In this document: positions 25,080 through 37,879 of the stretch, piece by piece
How positions within the stretch are numbered: the first letter of the stretch is position 1
Layout: each line of letters begins with the position of its first letter
NCBI RefSeq assembly: GCF_006345805.1
Contig: NC_043000.1
Span: 139,314,001 to 139,378,000 of the forward strand
Reading direction: 5' to 3'
From: Octopus sinensis
Taxonomy: Eukaryota
DNA length: 64,000 nucleotides
Position numbers and translations under genes: made by a program
The notes under the pieces: model-generated
Database searches by the model: none
Told to the model about the DNA's origin: nothing
Seen by the model: only the letters and a program-made list of their open reading frames with translations

Positions 25080-25292
25080 TAATCGGAGGATGCAAGCAGT
25101 TGTCGAGTGGTACCTGCGTGAGCAGAAAAGACCACCTGGAAAACCTCCACGACAGTGGAGTTACGATTTCAGGAGGACGATTGGGATCACGTGGATGAGA
25201 AAGGCGCAATCCAGAGAGGAGTGGACAGCGTGCTGTGACCAGCGGTGTCAAATGGACGCCTGACGGACTGGTCGGTCAAGGTGATCAAGGTG
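25080..25292 (+). mobile_element. RTE-1-type LINE 3' end
   Basis: VVEWYLREQKRPPGKPPRQWSYDFRRTIGITWMRKAQSREEW; tandem tcaaggtga tail. Confidence 0.8.
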
Positions 25293-25394
25293 ATATATAT
25301 ATATATATACTAACGTGTACTGTTATACCTTAAAACCCTGCCTCACATCCTCTGTTCTTCAATCAGCTTCAGCTACTCATTTTCTTGTCCATAC

Positions 25395-25465
25395 CTTCCT
25401 GAATTATCTTGAAATACCGAGCTTCTGTTTCTTGTACAGCCTTTTTGATACTCCTATCCATCTTG
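25395..25465 (-). CDS. Coding exon (KMDRSIKKAVQETEARYFKIIQE)
   Basis: Acceptor tttttgattgccgtag| (alternative tttcaag| at 25487), donor GAAG|gtatgg, phase 2 to 1. Confidence 0.6.
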
Positions 25466-26129
25466 CTACGGCAATCAAAAATTGATCCTTGAAATATTGA
25501 TATTTAATGTGCAGATTTCCTTGAAATTCTCTAAAAATTTTTTTTTATTAAAACTCTTTGAAGATGTTGGATCATTTAAATATCATGAATATGTCATATT
25601 CCTTGGAAAGATTTCATTGATTTTTTCATTTTGCTTCTTACTGTTCTAAAAGGTGATATTGTATCAGTGATGTCACTGGTGATTTCAAGATTTTGTTTCC
25701 TTTTAACATATGAGGCTTTACATAAATGGCCATTTCAAGTTATTGGTTTGAAACGAATATTTTCCTCGTGATTAGAAATGTTTTTCTTTCTTTTATGGTT
25801 TTATTGTAATAGTTTTATTTAGCTTCAAGTATCACTACATTCCTGGAGTGAGGCCAGGAAATTGGTGTGCACAATATTGATATTCAGATATCTATCATTT
25901 CTTTCGACACTTGTATCATTCACAAAAATACCCACCGCTACCTAAATGAATATATGAAAATCCATAACATTATGAAAGACAAAATATGTATTAAAGCTCT
26001 GTATGATGGATCTAGAGGATATTATGAAAATAAATCCATTGGCTTGGTACATTCTTAATGCTGTTTCATAAGTAATAAAAAACAGGAAAGGAAGAAAAAA
26101 GCGAAGACAAATTTCTTATTCTTCCTCTC

Positions 26130-26261
26130 TTCCACTTCTTCTTCCTCTTCTTCTTCCACTTCTTCTTGTTCTTCTTGTTCTTCTTCTTCTTGTTCTTCTT
26201 GTTCTTCTTCTTTTTCTTCTTCTTCTTTTTCTTATTATCATTATTATTATTATTATTATTA

Positions 26262-26301
<40 letters not shown>

Positions 26302-26523
26302 TGCTAATATAAATTATTATTTTTATTATTATTATTATTATTATAATTATTATCATTATTATCATTATTATTATTATTATTACTATTGCTAATATAAATT
26401 ATTTTTTATTATTATTATTATTATAATTATTATCATTATTATCATTATTATTATTATTATTACTATTGCTAATATAAATTATTATTTTTATTATTATTAT
26501 TATTATTATTATAATTATTATTA

Positions 26524-26599
<76 letters not shown>

Positions 26600-26644
26600 G
26601 ATTATTATTATTATTATTATTATTATGATTATTATTATTATTAT
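26130..26644. repeat. (TTC)n then (TTA)n array with higher-order units
   Basis: tactattgctaatataaatt at 26296, 26381 and 26461. Confidence 0.95.
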
Positions 26645-27840
26645 CAGCATCTTCTTTCAATTCTGTTTCCATTTCTTGCTGAATGTCTTCCTGGCACTTA
26701 GGGCAGAGAAACGTACAGAATACATTTGGTAGGGGGGGGGGAAAGAAAATTCACAGAGAAAATGCTCTTCCAGTATGTGTAACGCACCAGTTAAGACAAT
26801 CTTTTGCACTTCCTGTATGGATGGTAAGCTAGGGATCATTCTTCAATAATTCACAGTTCCTTTTTTGATCATTCCAAATGTTCCTACAATCACTGGTGTT
26901 GTAACAGTCTTGGGATGCCAGATCTTTTCGATTTCGATTTGCATATCTTTTATATTTTCTGAGCTTTAGCATCCAGGCGCTAGATATTTCAAAATATTTT
27001 GCCAGTTCAGTTGTTGTGGTTTTGTAAGAGATTTCAAATTGGATCAAGCCTCGACCTCCTTCAGTTCTGGGTAGGTAAAGACGATCCGTGTCTGCCTTTG
27101 GGTGGTGCATTTCATTGCATGTCAGCAGCTTATGGATTTTTCTGTCAATCTTCCTTATTTCGCTCCTATTCCAGTTCAACGTTGAACTGTAAATAACAAA
27201 TGGAACTGCTAAGGAATTTATAGCTGGCACCTTGTTACGTGTATTTAACTTGGATTTCAGAACTGCACAAACCCTCCTGTAACACTCCTTCCTGATCTCT
27301 TTCATACTTGTATGCTGAATACCAGAGCCCTCATTTATTCCGTGATATTTGTAACTTTGTTCCTGCTCAAGTTCTTTTATGACTGTCAACATTCAGCACC
27401 ACTGAATTTGAGGTCTTCAGTTTCCCTTTCTGGAAAGTGGTCTTAGCACATTTATTAAGACCAAATTCCATCCCAATGTCATTACCGAATGCTTTCACAG
27501 TACGTAGTAGTCCTTCAAGCTCATTATCATCTTTGCCATAGAGTTTTTAGTCATCCATATAAAATAGATGACTTATTTTCTTGTTGCCATTTTATACCCA
27601 TGCCCTGTTCCGTTAAGCTTACTTGTAAGGAGTATCAGAGCTATGCAGAAAATCCAAGTTGAAAGTGAGTCACCTTGGAAAATGTTGCAGTTGATATTAA
27701 TATTTTTTGTGGTCGGTACTCCATTAGATTAATATAATTGGAGATTCGTATTCAACATTGACATGTTGTGTTTCAGGAAGTTTGAAATCACAGGAGAAAT
27801 TTTGAAGATATCCAGCGATTTCAAGATCCATGAATGTGTG
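26645..27840 (-). mobile_element. R4/Dong-type (RLE) LINE fragment, internally deleted
   Basis: HSWILKSL, HHPKADTDRLYLPRTEGGRGL, C-terminal MIPSLPSIQEVQKIVLTG; 3' end abuts (TAA)n array. Confidence 0.85.
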
Positions 27841-28339
27841 TATAAAATATATAGGTATTATAGAATTTCATTAAATATTTTATACACACAGGATAAATCC
27901 ATAACAAAATTTAAATAATAAATATAAAAATAATCAGCAACTGCTCAAGAACAATTGAGCTGTTCACAGAGTGCAAAAATTGCTAATGCATACCTGGCTT
28001 TGATACTACACCCTTCTGATCCCAAGCAGTTACATTTAGAAACAAAATAGGTATAATCAGCAATATACTGCAACTGCTCAGGAAAAACAGAGTCTGTGTG
28101 CAGCCAGTGCAAAAATTGCTAATACATACTTGGCTTTGATACTGCACTCTCCTGATCCCAAGCAGGTATATTTGAAAATAAAATGGAAATAGAATGTGTA
28201 CTTACTGAAACTCATCTTTAAACTGTTTGTTTTAAATAATTAATCTGCAACTCTCCATATAACAAATAAATATTACAATATTTATATACTGAACATGTAC
28301 AATTTAATCTTAATATATAAAATATATATACATGGAAGT

Positions 28340-29230
28340 TTTGACATTCAGACAACTTCAGTATAGACGATATTTCTTGTTAGTTTCTGTATATCATGAT
28401 AGTCCTGATGTCTCGGATTTGAAATGCAACTGAGGAACTCATTTTGGTCAGCATAAATTCTTATCTTGTCTGGGTCTCCAACCCGGCTTATAGTAATGTA
28501 TAATTGACCATGCGGGAAAATTGGATTTGGTAAGTAAATGTCACATTTTGATAGACTCTGTCCTAGGCTTTTCTTTATGGAAATTGCACAAGCCAGTCTT
28601 ATTAGAAATTGGAGCCTTTGTAGTGTGAAGGATAAGTCAGAATCAGAAGGCATTAAACTGATCCGAGGAATCAGAACAATTTGTCCCACATCAACTCCTG
28701 TCAATTTTTCTTTTTGCAGTAATTAGATTGTTATTTGCAGTTACAATTTTATACCTTGTGCTGTTACAATGACCGTTTTTGGGATCAAGATTTCTGAGTA
28801 ACATTATTGGTGCTCCAATTTTTTATTTAATCTCATACAGAGATAGACCACTGATAGAAATTCTTCTTTTTGCTCCTGGGATAAATTTTCTTGGGCTGCA
28901 TGATGTTGTTGAGCATCTTGATGTAGAATATCCTTTCTTTCTTGTCATCTCTCAGGCCATGCAATGTTGTTCAGTATTTTGATGTAAAATTTCTCCACTT
29001 CTTTTCCATGATACATGTTCTCTTGCTACTCTATGTTTGTTGAGAGTCCTGTAGTCAAATTTCAGAGCTTCGTGCTCGGCTCAAGTTAGCCCACGCTTCT
29101 CTCAATCATGCAGCATTTATGTTTCTTACAGCTTCTCATCAGTCATTGTTCAATCTTCTTCACCTCTCCTGTTGACAAAGTCTGGCTGCTTCCCTTCTCT
29201 AGCTAGCAATATCAATAGTCATAATGGTGT
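28340..29230 (-). mobile_element. Internally deleted Helitron (PIF1-like helicase C-terminus)
   Basis: IGAPIMLLRNLDPKNGHCNSTRY..IPRISLMPSDSDLSFTLQRLQF..GQSLSKCDIYLPNPIFPHGQLYITISRVG..TRNIVYTEVV*. Confidence 0.9.
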
Positions 29231-29772
29231 TTTAATAGTCACGAAAAAAAGAACATTTTTGTTTAAGCAGTGGCTTCAAATTTATCAAAATAAGAGTGTA
29301 GCACATTTATGAGGTTTTCAGTGCACATAATTGACTACACTCTCGGAGTGGTTAGCGTTAGGAAGGGCATCCAGCTGTAGAAATACTGCCATATCAGATT
29401 GGGGCCTGGTGCAGCCTCCTGGTTTCCCAGACCCCAGTCGAGCTGTCCAACCCATGCCAGCATGGAATACGGACGTTAAACGATGATGATGATGATGAGG
29501 TTGATAATTATTTTGAAACACCACTATATATTCTGCTTCGTAGCCATTATTATAGTATGGATTTTAATGAGAAAATATTTGTTAAAACATACAGGTAATA
29601 ATAAATTTAAGTAGAATTACCTTCCACACATCCTTTAACATTTAAACTTTGATATTCTCGAACCTTTAAAGCTTTCATATCTGTGAACCTCAAAAATTTT
29701 TATTATCCATTAACCTATTACAGAAAATTAAACCTCCAACTACTCCTACCTTTATTGTATTTTAAATAGTTA

Positions 29773-30195
29773 TTTTACTCTTTACTCTTTTACTCTTTAC
29801 TCTATTACTTGTTTCAGTCATTTGACTGCGGCCATTCTGGAGCACCACCTTTAGTCAAGCAACTCGACCCTAGGATTTATTCTTTGTAAGCCTAGTACTT
29901 ATTCTATCGGTCTCTTTTGCCGAACCGCTAAGTAACGGGGGACATAAACACACCAGCATCGGTTGTCAAACAATGCTAGGGGAACAAACACAGACACACA
30001 GACACACACGCACACATATATATATACATATATACGACGGGCTTCTTTCAGTTTCCGTCTACCAAATCCACTCACAAGGCTTTGGTCGGCCCGAGGCTAT
30101 AGTAGAAGGCACTTGCCCAAGGTGCCATGCAGTGTGACTGAACCCGGAACCATGTGATTGGTAAGCAAGCTTCTTACCACACAGCCACTCCTGCG
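29773..30195 (-). mobile_element. SINE family A
   Basis: Reverse-complement copy. Confidence 0.9.
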
Positions 30196-30649
30196 CCTTT
30201 TTTTATTTTATTTTCTCTCATCTTCCTTCCAATCCTACTAATGGCATTACACTGCTGTCTTGTTAAAATCCAACCATTTTGCCTGAAATACACTAACACA
30301 GTAGGGTACCATTTGAAGGAGATTTCGTTGCTATTTGTCGCAAGTCGGGTGATTGCACAGATGTTCTGTTGAAGTATCAATTGCTGAAAGAGCAACAGAT
30401 AAAAGAAAAGTATTGTAACCCACAGTTAGAATACTGCAACCTGAATCTATGTATCTATGTACCAACTTTCCTTTTCCTTTCATCTATGTATCTACTGTCT
30501 CTCTTATTTTCTCTCATTTTCTCTCACTTCCACTGTGTCCCCCTCTCTCCTATTTTTAATTTAACAATGTGTGTATGTATCTATGTACCTACTTTATTTT
30601 AATCTATATTCTTACCATCAGTCTACAGGTAAAATTAGACTATTGTTAC

Positions 30650-31260
30650 TTTTATTTTTTTTTTTTCTTCTTTCAAATTTGCTTCCTTTTCTTGCCGAGT
30701 GTCTTCCCGACTCCTAGGGCAAAGAAACTCATAGTATACATTGGTAGGCCATTAAACTAAACTCACTAGTTCGTTCATTTTTTTTTTTGATAGAAATAAA
30801 GTTAAATTAAAATACATGGGTAGTAATAGTTCTCACATTGACAATGCTTTCTCAATACATGTGATGTACCAGTTAAGACAATCTTTTGCACTTCTTGCAG
30901 GGATGGTAAGCCAGGGATCATTCTCATATAATTTTCGGTTCCCTTCTTGATCATTCCTAGTGCTCCTACGATCACTGGTATTGTAACAGCCTTGAGATGC
31001 CACATTTTCTCAATTTCAATGAGCAGGTCTTTATATTTTCTGAGCTTGTCAAATTCTTTCGAATGTGATCATAATATCTTTCGATATTATGATCACAGGG
31101 GATGCTCATGTTGATCAATAAGCAAACTTTATTGTTTTGGTCTTTCACAACGATATCCGGTTTATTGGCTTTGATGGTTCAGTCTGTATGTACTGGAAAG
31201 TCCCACAGAATCGTTACATTTTCTCCTTCAGTTACAGCTTCAGGGTGGTGATTATACCAC
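30650..31260 (-). mobile_element. R4/Dong-type LINE 3' fragment with restriction-like endonuclease motif
   Basis: ILWDFPVHTD..KPDIVVKD..., MWHLKAVTIPVIVGALGMIKKG; 3' UTR like 26650-26710; (TAA)n at 5' junction. Confidence 0.88.
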
Positions 31261-31529
31261 TTTATTATTATTATTATTATTATTATCATTATTATTATTA
31301 TTATTGATTTGTTTATTTCACTTTTATTTGAGTATAGAAAGCATAAAGAAAAATGATGAAATGTGAGGAAAACATATTGATATTCAGGTGTTTGGGCAAC
31401 CATCTGTATTGTTCAAGACTATTTAGAAAAAGTAACCGAGTGACTCAAGGGCTAAGAGTTTCATACATTGTCATATGTACAATGAATCTGCTGAGACACC
31501 AGTATGTAGCTTGCTGCATTATAGTATAC

Positions 31530-31767
31530 TCTTTACTCTCTTCTACTCTTTTACTTGGTTTAGTCATTTGACTGTGGCCATGCTGGAGCACCGCCTTTAG
31601 TTGAACAAATCGACCCCAAGACTTATTCTTTGTAAGCAGCTTAGTACTTATTCTATCGGTCTCTTTTGCCGAACTGCTAAGTAACGGGGCATAAACACAC
31701 CCGCATTGGTTGTCAAGTGATGTTGGGGGGACAAACACAGACACACAAACATATACACACACATACT

Positions 31768-31814
<47 letters not shown>

Positions 31815-31967
31815 CGAGCTTCTTTCAGTTTCCATCTATCAAATCCACTCACAAGGCTTTGGTCAGCCCGAGGCTATAGTAGAAGACACTTGTCCAAAGT
31901 GCTACACAGTGGGACTTAACCCAGAACCATGTGGTTGGTAAGCAAACTACTTACCACATAGCCACTC
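31530..31967 (-). mobile_element. SINE family A
   Basis: Reverse-complement copy. Confidence 0.9.
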
Positions 31968-33562
31968 GTACACCTGAATTCACTCTTGAATTCACTCTAT
32001 CATCTTATAAAAGGATAGGTTATACAGGTAAATATTGTTGCTAGATACTTCCAAAAAGACAGGATGGTCACGTACTAAGTACCTTAAATCTAAATTGAAC
32101 TTCTAATCATAGATCTGCTTGATCAGGACTTAACTTTGGCCAAGCAACAACAACAACTAGCAAGCTAGTACACTGATGGCTTCGACAATGAGTGTTCCAG
32201 TTGATCTAGTCAATGGAACTGCCTGTTCATGAAATTATTATGCAAGTGGCTGAGCACTCCACAGACTCATATATACCCTTAACATAGTTCTCAGGAGCAT
32301 TCAGCATGGCACAGGATATGATAAAGCTGACCATTTGAAAAACAGGTACTACCCATTTTTGTCAGCTGAGTGGACAGGAGCAATATGAAATAAAGTGTTT
32401 TGCTCAAGGGCACAATGCACTGCCAGGAATTGAACACACTACCTTACAATCATGAGTGGGATAGTCTAACCACTAAGCCATGTACCTTCATAACAACTAG
32501 CAAAGGAAAGCAAGCAATCCCAAAGGAGACAGGAATTGAACCTGTAGTCTTGATCTTCACAGTTAATTTTGTTTTACAGCTAACAGGTATTACTTCTATA
32601 AATGCCTAGGAAGATCTCTTCTCAAGAATTTTAATTCAATACCCACATAAGCACCGGTAACCAATTTCTCTACTGATGTAAAACCAAGTACTTGTGTTTT
32701 TAATATATCTCATGTCAAACAGCAATCACAACAAAACGAACCAGAAGTGGAAAAAAAAAAAAAAAAGGAAAAAGCAAATTTAGGAATGAAAAACAAAGAA
32801 AATAGAATGAAAATCTCTGCAAACTAATGGAACAATCTTTAAACTTCTAGCAGGAGTCTGAGATATTGATTTCATTTGGAAGTCATGGAAATCTATTGAA
32901 AACATTCCGTTTGCCAAGTTGTACCCCGAGGGGCAGGGTGAAACTAACTTGATAAACAGGAAGCATGCTGGGGGATAGATGACTATAGTTGGATCATATC
33001 TTCTAATTATAGTTTTATAAATTGGTGTCAATTACTGAATATGAATATTTATTTGTGTGGGTTTGTCAACATTTTGATATGAATCTGTAGGTGTGTTTAT
33101 GTATGAATTTATATTGACAGTATGTGTGTGTATGTACATCAGTTAGATTACGTAAGTATTTGTTATTGTTGATTTGTATAAAATTTAGAGTAGGTAAGTG
33201 AATATGTGTATATATGAGTGTATATTTGCATTTGTGCAAAAAGGCATGTGTGCTAAAGTGTAATAGATTAACTTATATTTATGTATAATGTTTATTCGTG
33301 CATTTATATAATATATGCTTGTATATAACTATAAATAAGCATATGGTTACGTGCATCTGTTCATATAACTGTTCATGTATAAATTTGTATTTATGAATGA
33401 GATAAACATGTGTGTATTTGCATTCCTGTATGTGTGTGTATATGTGCGTGTGCATGTGTGTGTGTGTGTGCACTTGTCCATGTGCATGCATACATGTTTA
33501 GGCTGTTGATGCACAAAAATTATGAATTTATGCTTGGAGGTGAGTGAAGTGGAAATGTTTAC

Positions 33563-33687
33563 TGAAAAGCCACGCTGGGTCCTACAGGCTTGATACTGCA
33601 TGCAGTATTTAACATGCCAGTTAATAGGCTTGCAATACAAATCCTGATGTATGCCACATTAATTCTAGTGAGCACATTTATCCCTTC
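33563..33687 (-). CDS. Coding exon (EGINVLTRINVAYIRICIASLLTGMLNTACSIKPVGPSVAF)
   Basis: Acceptor cttttatcatgcctttatag|, donor TCA|gtaaac, 41 open codons, phase 0 to 2. Confidence 0.5.
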
Positions 33688-34004
33688 CTATAAAGGCATG
33701 ATAAAAGAGATCTCTCCCAAATACAAAAGGAGGAAGGGTTCTAAATCAACAGTCTTGCGGAGGCATTCACATTGAAGGTAAATAAAATCTGACACTGAGT
33801 GATCATTGATTCAATAAATCCTTTTGTGTTAAGATGGACAGAGCTTTACTACGGTGATAGATTGATGCCAACCAGACTTGGCATTTCTTGGTGTTGAATT
33901 GAAAATCAGTTGACCAAACCAACTTGGAATAACAGAGCTATAACAAGGGTATTCATATATTTGCATGAATGCATATGCACTCAGTCATATATACATAGGA
34001 AGGG

Positions 34005-34150
<146 letters not shown>

Positions 34151-34967
34151 CAAACACTGGCATATTTGCATATATTTGTAATCACTCAATGATGCTGGTT
34201 CAAATTCTATTTAACAACCAATGATTTATCAAGTGTCAAGCTAGTGATTATTCAATCAAGATGGAGAATTGGTCAAACTATTGTTTAAAGTATTTGACTA
34301 CTTGTCTGCATAGTTCTGCTGGTTTTATGTATGATATCTTAAAACAGAGAAGATTATAAGAAATCATACACATATCTAGTAGATATATACCAAATTATGT
34401 AATACTCAAGCATCTCAACATTTTTCAACCTAACTTATACCAGAAGTCTTTAATTGAGTAGAAGCATCTATGAAGTTGATTTACATACTAAAAATAGTAG
34501 CCAAATCTTTCTCAAATCACATGGGAAAGATTATTTTGCATAATATGAACCTAGAACGATTCTGATCAAAGAGTAGCTGCAGGATGACTGATCAGGGGTT
34601 GTAAAACAACAAAAGCAGTATCAAAAACAACAAAAATGATTTACCAACTATTTCAAATGCCCAGAAACCTTGCTTTATGAGTAACGTATTAAACTGATTT
34701 AACAGTCAAATGATCATCATTTTAGTATTATGATAGGTCTATGAAATAATACTATATGGTAGAACTAAATACCTTTCATCATTTCAGGGTCAATAAATTA
34801 AGTACCAGTTATGCATTGGGGTTGATGTAATCGACTTAAAACCTTTGTCTGTCCTTGTTTGTCCCCTCTATGTTTAGCCCCTTGTGGGTAATGAAGAAAT
34901 AGGTTATATAAAAGTGTGGAATAAAAGGTAGAAATGTCTACCACTATTTAGTTTCCCCCTAAACTAA

Positions 34968-35008
<41 letters not shown>

Positions 35009-35155
35009 TACACACACATACACACACATGCGCGCGCACACACACACACATAAAGAGAAAATATTATAAATATTTAAGCTTCAGGATTTATATCAAATAC
35101 TTATAGCTGCTTCATATAGTTGATAAAGGTGAAACCTTTCCCTAGGCCTGATTAC

Positions 35156-35187
35156 CTTTAGTGTAATCAGCTTAACTTTTTTTCCGT
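35156..35187 (-). CDS. 32-nt coding exon (GKKVKLITLK)
   Basis: Acceptor cttttcttttaatctttacag|, donor AAG|gtaatc, phase 1 to 0. Confidence 0.65.
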
Positions 35188-35549
35188 CTGTAAAGATTAA
35201 AAGAAAAGTCAGCTGTATACAGAAAATCAAAGCAACCAAAAAAAAAATGGTAAAATTGAGAATCATATTAATTTTTTTTTTAATGTATATAGGCATTGAA
35301 GATAAGCGAAGTGTGCCAAAGTTTTGTGCAAAGATGAGACCTTAGACATGTGAATAAAAATGTTGAACTGAAAAATATATTTTTATATCCAAACAATCTA
35401 ATCAAATAAATTTTATGTGTGAATGTGTTTATATAGAATGAAGCTAAGCACTCATTATTTTGCTTATAGCATTTGTTCTAACTGGCTATCAAATACATTG
35501 GATGAAAATAGTTTGGTTTAGAGGAATTACTTCTGTATGTTTCTCTTAC

Positions 35550-35653
35550 CTAGTGTGTACTGAAAGAATTTTCCATCACAGCACTCATGATCTGCAGAAG
35601 CCAAAAGATAATTGCCTGACCTTGTGTAGAGACTGGCTTTTGATTGCAAGAAC
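35550..35653 (-). CDS. Coding exon of unidentified minus-strand gene (FLQSKASLYTRSGNYLLASADHECCDGKFFQYTL)
   Basis: Acceptor ttttatgtttttttaaaatag|, donor CTAG|gtaaga, open frame, phase 2 to 1, joins 35187 exon as GAC (D). Confidence 0.65.
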
Positions 35654-35997
35654 CTATTTTAAAAAAACATAAAAAAGATCAGAAAGAGAAGAAATCTATA
35701 GAAGGAGAAAGAGAATTAATACAATAATGAGTTACTAAGAATTTTATAGTGAGAGCCTGAAGAGACAGTCCTAAATTCCCTAAGTGAAAAATCCACAAAT
35801 TAAAAATGTTCCTGTTCTTTTATAAATAGTAATTTTGTAAGGAATTAATCCTTATATTTGTTGTGTGGTCCTACTAGTTGTTCTGGAACATAACAGTAAT
35901 AGATTAATTATTAGTCAAATATTTATGTTCCATACAACAGGTGTGCCAAACTGTTAATCCTTTTCCATTTAAACCAGTTATTTCTGGCCGAAACATT

Positions 35998-36670
35998 CCA
36001 TAGAGTAAAAGGCAGATTGTATGATGCCTGTGCATGAACAGCTTTGGTATATGGCAGTTAAACATTGGCTGTGACAGCCGAGGACATGGGTAGGCATGAA
36101 AGAAGTGAAGCTAGTATGTTTCACTGGATGTTCAATGTCAGTGTGCATGTGTAAGCATCTTGAGAAAAAAGTTGGGAATAAGAGGCACCAGATGTGGTGT
36201 GCAAGAGAGAAGACTGTGCTGGTATAGTCATGTGATATATATGGACGAGAACAGCTTCGTAAAGAAGTGCTGATCTCTAAATGTGGATGGAACCTGTGGT
36301 AAAGGTAAACTCAGGAAGACATGGGATGAGGTGAAGCATGATCTTCAAACATTGGGCCTCACAGAGCAATGACTGGTGACTGAGACCGTTGGCATTATGT
36401 CATGCTTGAGAAGAAAACCCATCGAGCCATGTAAAATTGCAGTTGTGGTAGATACTGGTGTCACACAAATGGCATCCATGCCAGTACCATGTAAGAGCAC
36501 TCATTATATTCTCAGAGTGGTTGGCATTAGGAAGGGCATCCAGCTGTAGAAACTGTGCCAAATCAGACTGGTGTCTGGTACAGCTCACCAGCTTGCAAGC
36601 CCTGATCAAACTGTCCAACCCATGCCAGCATGGACAACAGATGTTAAATGACGATGATGATGATGATGAA
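35998..36670 (+). mobile_element. RTE-clade LINE 3' fragment: decayed RT C-terminus, 3' UTR and (GAT)n tail
   Basis: RVKGRLYDAC..LVYGS..., ERRLCWYSHV..., GKLRKTWDEV with stops; continues into the ttaggaagggcatccagctgtagaaac...gatgatgat repeat. Confidence 0.85.
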
Positions 36671-37004
36671 GATATATATGGAAGGGGTGAAATCAGCATG
36701 CATGTTTATGTTTAATAATAAATAAATGTGCTCTTTTAAAGCCTGGCCAGGCTCATGGGCCCAGTTTTCTGGTTTCTGAGGCATATGTGTTCACCAGCTG
36801 GACGGGACGCCAGTCCATCGCAGCGTTACTCATTTTTGCCAGCTGAGTGGACTGGAGCAATGTGAAATGAAGTGTTTTGCTCAAGAACACAATACGTCGC
36901 CCAGTCCAGGAATCGAAACCACAATCTTACGATCGTGATGCTGACACCCTAACCACAAAGCCACGTGCCTCCACAAGCACTTTATTTATTTATTTTTTTT
37001 TTCA

Positions 37005-37047
37005 TTCTAGTTTCAGCTCAGAGCTGCGGCCATGCTGATGCACCGCC
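37005..37047 (-). mobile_element. Isolated 3' tail of the same CR1/L2 family
   Basis: Near-identical to 54261-54303. Confidence 0.75.
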
Positions 37048-37879
37048 GTTAAAAAATGCTTTTACTTCACTTGTAAAACTGATGTTGTTTATGTTGTGTC
37101 CCTTTATGTTTCGTAAGGTAGCAGCTTGCAGGTGCTCTAGTATAGCAGTACCACATTCTGTGACACCAATAAGGAGTTTGAGAAATGAAACTAGGTGTGC
37201 ACCTGCATCATTTCACTCAACTGTCTTAAATGTTTTAAAACCGAATTCTTTTGTGTTTAGTTCAAAATATTTTGGTAAGTCTTGGGTTAATTCTTTACAG
37301 TTATGTAACAGAATGGGAGAACACAGTGAAATTTGATCTGATAGTGGTTCTCCCTCCACCCTCTCTCTCTCTTGCAAACGCACACACATACACTCATATA
37401 ACCACATACACAAAACACGTGTACACAAATTGATTTTTACTTTTTGGTTCATAACATAACCAGACTGACTGCTAGAGTGGCAGTAATGAAGTGAGGTTGA
37501 AGATGTAATTAATATAATTTGATTATTGTGCCTTCCTTATTTTGATTCCCTTTCATTACAATTCTCATTAGTCTCAATGGTGTGGAGGCTTGCATCATCA
37601 GTGTCATCATCATCATCGATACAAGTAACATAACCACCAATGCCAACACTTACCTTATTCACTACCACTAACAGTATTCCAATGTTCATTATAATTGTCA
37701 ACATCATTATCACCACTGCTCTCATCACAATCATTGTCACCAATTGAAACAACCGTTACTAGTATTATTACTAGAGGCCAATGAATGAGCCTTTACTCGG
37801 TCCCCTGGCTTGTTAGAAATAGCAGCCAAATTTTCATCAAGCCATGCCATTGAAAAATACAGGGTTGTATTGGACAATG

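Noticed and set aside
25466-25941. Extension of the 25395 exon to an acceptor at 25941
   Set aside because: Eight in-frame stops, close to the random expectation for AT-rich DNA
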